Shown here: one piece after another, positions 60,527 to 64,000 of the stretch
How the letters are laid out: every line of letters begins with the position of its first letter
How positions within the stretch are numbered: the first letter of the stretch is position 1
NCBI GenBank assembly: GCA_965112155.1
Contig: OZ218101.1
Strand: one strand, 5' to 3'
Source of the DNA: Podarcis liolepis
Lineage: Eukaryota
Length of the DNA stretch: 64,000 nucleotides
Made by a program: the position numbers and the translations under genes
Notes under the pieces: generated by a model
Seen by the model: only the letters and a program-made list of their open reading frames with translations
The model's database searches: none
Told to the model about the DNA's origin: nothing

Positions 60527-62022
60527 GCCACAGGGGATACTGTAATCTCAGTTCTTTCTTCAGTGTGAAAGGACACACTGATGTAGAACTTGAGTGTCTG
60601 CTCCACTGCCTCCCTTTGCTCCTCCACCAAGTGGCAGAGGCAGCAGAAGTGATGTCTGTTCCTCTGAGTGTCCATGAGTGTTTTCAAGCATTCCTATACA
60701 GACCATGTGATAAACAACAATCTTTTGTTAATGTTCACAGGGGTGTGCCACATAGTGCTGAGGCAGAATGAAAAGTGATACGAAGCGATACAACAGATAA
60801 ATGGTGCAACAGGGAGCAATGGGTTCAGGGAGATGACAAATTATTCAAAACCAACCATAGTTTACTAAATAAAAACATAAACTTATGTTGTGCTAGCCAA
60901 AGGACATGGCATCTCGAAGTTTACTAAAACATAATTAGAACTACAGGATTCCAATCAGGCCAAAAAGTACCATTCTATTAGCATGCACACAACAACAAAT
61001 TAAATGTAATGAATCCACATTTGGAGGGATAGAAGGGTAAATGTTAGAATTTTATACGAGGGTGGGGAACACTTCCAAGTCAAGAACCAATCCTCTGGGG
61101 CTCACCTGGCAGCATTAGACAGGGCCCAAACAAGGGGAGGCTGGGCTGAAGTGAACATAACCACTCTATATTCTCTTATTCAATATAAAAATTGCACACA
61201 CACGCACGCACACACACAGAAATTCTCATCCCCCCCCCCCCCCACAGACAGGAAATTAGGTTAGAAAATTTAGCTTTTTAAAAACCTCATTGTACTTATA
61301 TTTGTGGAGAATCCTGTTGGTGAGGGAAGTGCTAACCTCCCAGTTGTGACCCACGACCCACCCCGTCCCCAAAAAACCTTTCTGGTTGTTTTTGCAAAAT
61401 TAAGCTATTCTGCCACTGATACTAAGATAATGAGATAAACCCTCTCATTAGACAATGGGATACCACCAAGAGGAAATCCTGTCCCTGAATTGGCTCCAGT
61501 GTGGAGTGACATATTGTGAAAACTCAACAGCTTACTATCTGCCAAGACTTTTATTAAAACAGCAAAACTGATGAAGATGAAACCCTGCTAAAAAAACCTG
61601 ACTAGCAAATCAAGTCTGACATAAGAAATTGTTTTTCATTGTATCCAAGGATTCCCTGCAATTCTATTTTTTTAAAATCCCACTTATAAATTCACAGTCT
61701 TAAATAATATAAAATATTTTCTTTAGGTGATAAAGAAATAACTGGCTTTGTTTGAGACATAAATATGAAGCTATGAGAGTTAAAAACGTGGTGTGACATT
61801 TATGAGTCTCTTACAGTCGCATCAGGCAGAGCTGAGAAAGATTAATGCAGATTGTGAAATGAACATAAGGTTACAAAATCACTGCATCTTTTTGTAAAGT
61901 AAAGTTTATCCACAGGGGAAGCAGTATTATTTACAGTTGTATTGTCTGAACAATTTACAGCCCCATTGTTGACAATAACAACCCACTCATTCTGCAATGT
62001 CTAGCTGAATATTAGTCCACCA

Positions 62023-62250
62023 CTGTGATGGATAACCTCAAGCCCAGGGGTCAAATATGACCCTTCATTACTCTCTGTCTGCTCCTTGGATCTCTTTCAA
62101 GGCCATAGTTCCCTCCTTAGCCACACCTACTCTCTCCAGGCCACACTGGTCCTGGTTTATACCCTTCTTGGGTGTTTTTGTCTGGTTTCTGTTCTTGAAG
62201 TCTGATAATGTTTTTTGCATGTATGGATAGAAAACAGAGGTTGTATGTGC

Positions 62251-62285
<35 letters not shown>

Positions 62286-62455
62286 GGGTGATGGGGGTGG
62301 GGGTGAGGGGAACCAGACTAATGTACAAAGGTAAATTTCATATTCATTGCTCTGTCCACCTTTGGCTCTCAACCGATCCATCACTGGCATGTCACACACC
62401 CCCTTGGAAGGTTGCTCATAAGAGAATGAGCCAGAGAATGAAACCCCTACTGCTG
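62023..62455. mobile_element. Old hAT-like element remnant containing a (GATA)n microsatellite
   Basis: 5' end CTGTGATGGATAACCTCAAGCCCAGGGGTCAAA resembles decayed Charlie-like termini; boundaries uncertain. Confidence 0.4.
62251..62285. repeat. (AGAT)n tetranucleotide microsatellite
   Basis: About 8.5 perfect AGAT units. Confidence 0.97.
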
Positions 62456-64000
62456 TTCTGATTCAATGACTAACACTGCAATCCCATACATGTCTATTAA
62501 CAAGCAAGTTCCATTGAGTTCAACAGGGCTTAGTCCTTGGTGATGCATAAAGGTAGGGCTTACTTGTGGACATTTAATCCAAAATGCAAAAATCTGTGTG
62601 GATGGGGGTGCTGGCCCCCCAAAGAGGGCATGGCAGGAAATCCTGGATGTATGGCAACCCTAATCACAGTTGAATGCACCCACCCACCCACATTACAATT
62701 AGAACAGGCTCCATCGGTATAAGATTGTGTTTTTTCCTGGATAATCTTTTGTATGTTGCTGGTGTCTAGCCCTCATGACCAGCATGGCCAATGATAATGG
62801 ATGCTGAGAGTTGTATTTACACCATCCTTGAAGGGCCTAACCTTGTTGTAAAGTTTCCAAACAACTGAACAAAATATACCAATTAAAAAAAAAATTGTAA
62901 GGCATTTAAATTTTTAGATAAGGACAAAACAGGTAACTTTTGAATAATGTTTCTCCAAGTAAGCAAGAGTCAAACACAATATGCATCTTATTGAGGCACC
63001 AGTATGAAGAAGACAAAACATGGGATTTGATTAGCTCATGCAGCTATTAATATAAGGAAAACATAGTGCTAGTGAAAAGAAAAAAATCCAAATCACCAGT
63101 GACTAACCTATAAATATATTTTCTGATCTAATATTCTTAGTCCCCTAAACAACAAAACCAGTTACAACAAATAAGTTCAATAATTAGCATATGACACTCC
63201 TATTCCTTCATCTTAAACTATTATATGCCTAGCATGGCATATAACTGCTACTATTTAATATTCATAAAGCACTGAAAATAAGGAAAGCTGGGTGTGTGGC
63301 AGTCCAACAAATTATATCCTGCACCAAGTCTTTTAGAAAGAAAGGGGGAAAGTCTGTCACAGATGAATTAGTGGAAGCAAGCACTAACATTGCAATTAGA
63401 AACAAATTCTCAGATTTGTATCTGCATAAATGATTTGGGCAAGATTGCTATCTGACTGCATATCAATGAATCTTTTCCTGTTTACTATCCGATTTTTCTG
63501 CTTCCAGGCTTTCTCCGTTTTTGGCATGGTTAAGAAGGGCCTGGAAATCAGCCACATGGCTTAGCCTCAATCCAGTTAAGATTACTGTGATGTCTGTTGG
63601 CAAGGAGAAGCCTTTTGGGGAATTGGCATAGGTTATGGCTGGTGCATCAGTTAAGAGCACCAGCCCACCAACTCTCAAAGAATCTCATGATGCTGTTTCG
63701 TATAGTAGTTGTTCCTGGACCACAAGCACTTAGAAATAGCAAAGAAAGCTTATTCACATCAAGCCAAATGATTCCATATCTTTCTCTGACATTATGATTA
63801 ATAAAATAATAATGTAATGAGGGAGTGCCTTCAGCAACTCACACGAAGATTTAGTCATTGAAGTAACTTGTGTAAAAGCAATGGCCAACAGAACAGATAC
63901 AAGATGGTGACACCTGGAAGGGGAGAGCTAATTTATGTTTTACAAGGAAACAGATAATCAAAGTAGGTTTGAGATCAGGGTGCAACTCTAAGGAATGAAG

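Larger units (their letters stand above)
37136..64000 (-). other. DMD: DMD intron 43 (partial; continues beyond window end)
   Basis: Lies upstream of the exon 44 acceptor; no exon 43-like peptide recognised in the window. Confidence 0.85.

Noticed and set aside
59804-60687. Cluster of long overlapping ORFs (up to 216 aa) on both strands
   Set aside because: They lie in or across a GC-rich hAT insertion bounded by TIRs and a TSD; low-complexity Arg/Pro/Ala-rich translations with no recognisable domain.
63463-63678. 71-aa ORF considered as DMD exon 43
   Set aside because: No similarity to the exon 43 spectrin-repeat peptide, and it ends in a stop rather than a donor.

Overview
This is vertebrate genomic DNA, AT-rich and CpG-depleted. 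Sauria SINEs, BovB, CR1, L2, Penelope and hAT/Tc1 MITEs point to a squamate, probably a lacertid lizard. The whole window lies inside the dystrophin gene (DMD), transcribed on the minus strand. It holds one conventional coding exon, the orthologue of human exon 44 (36985..37135, 151 nt), with part of intron 43 (37136..64000) and part of intron 44 (1..36984). About 23.6 kb into intron 44 is a CpG-retaining block ending in a strong splice donor (13249..~13490) that matches my recollection of the human Dp140 first exon and promoter. That supposedly non-coding exon carries a 46-codon ATG-initiated ORF whose differences from the recalled human sequence are mostly synonymous, making it the best candidate for an undescribed element (conserved uORF/micropeptide or relic coding first exon). 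Other highlights: a minimal hammerhead ribozyme in a Penelope-like fragment plus a decayed second copy, a diverged nNOS-binding microdomain and a NAGNAG acceptor at exon 44, and a strongly defined antisense micro-exon beside a YY1/CCAAT/CpG-rich block. The rest is a layered set of transposon insertions, many with readable target-site duplications (TSDs). Comparisons to human or repeat consensus sequences are from memory and need alignment to confirm; most ORFs in the supplied track are spurious.
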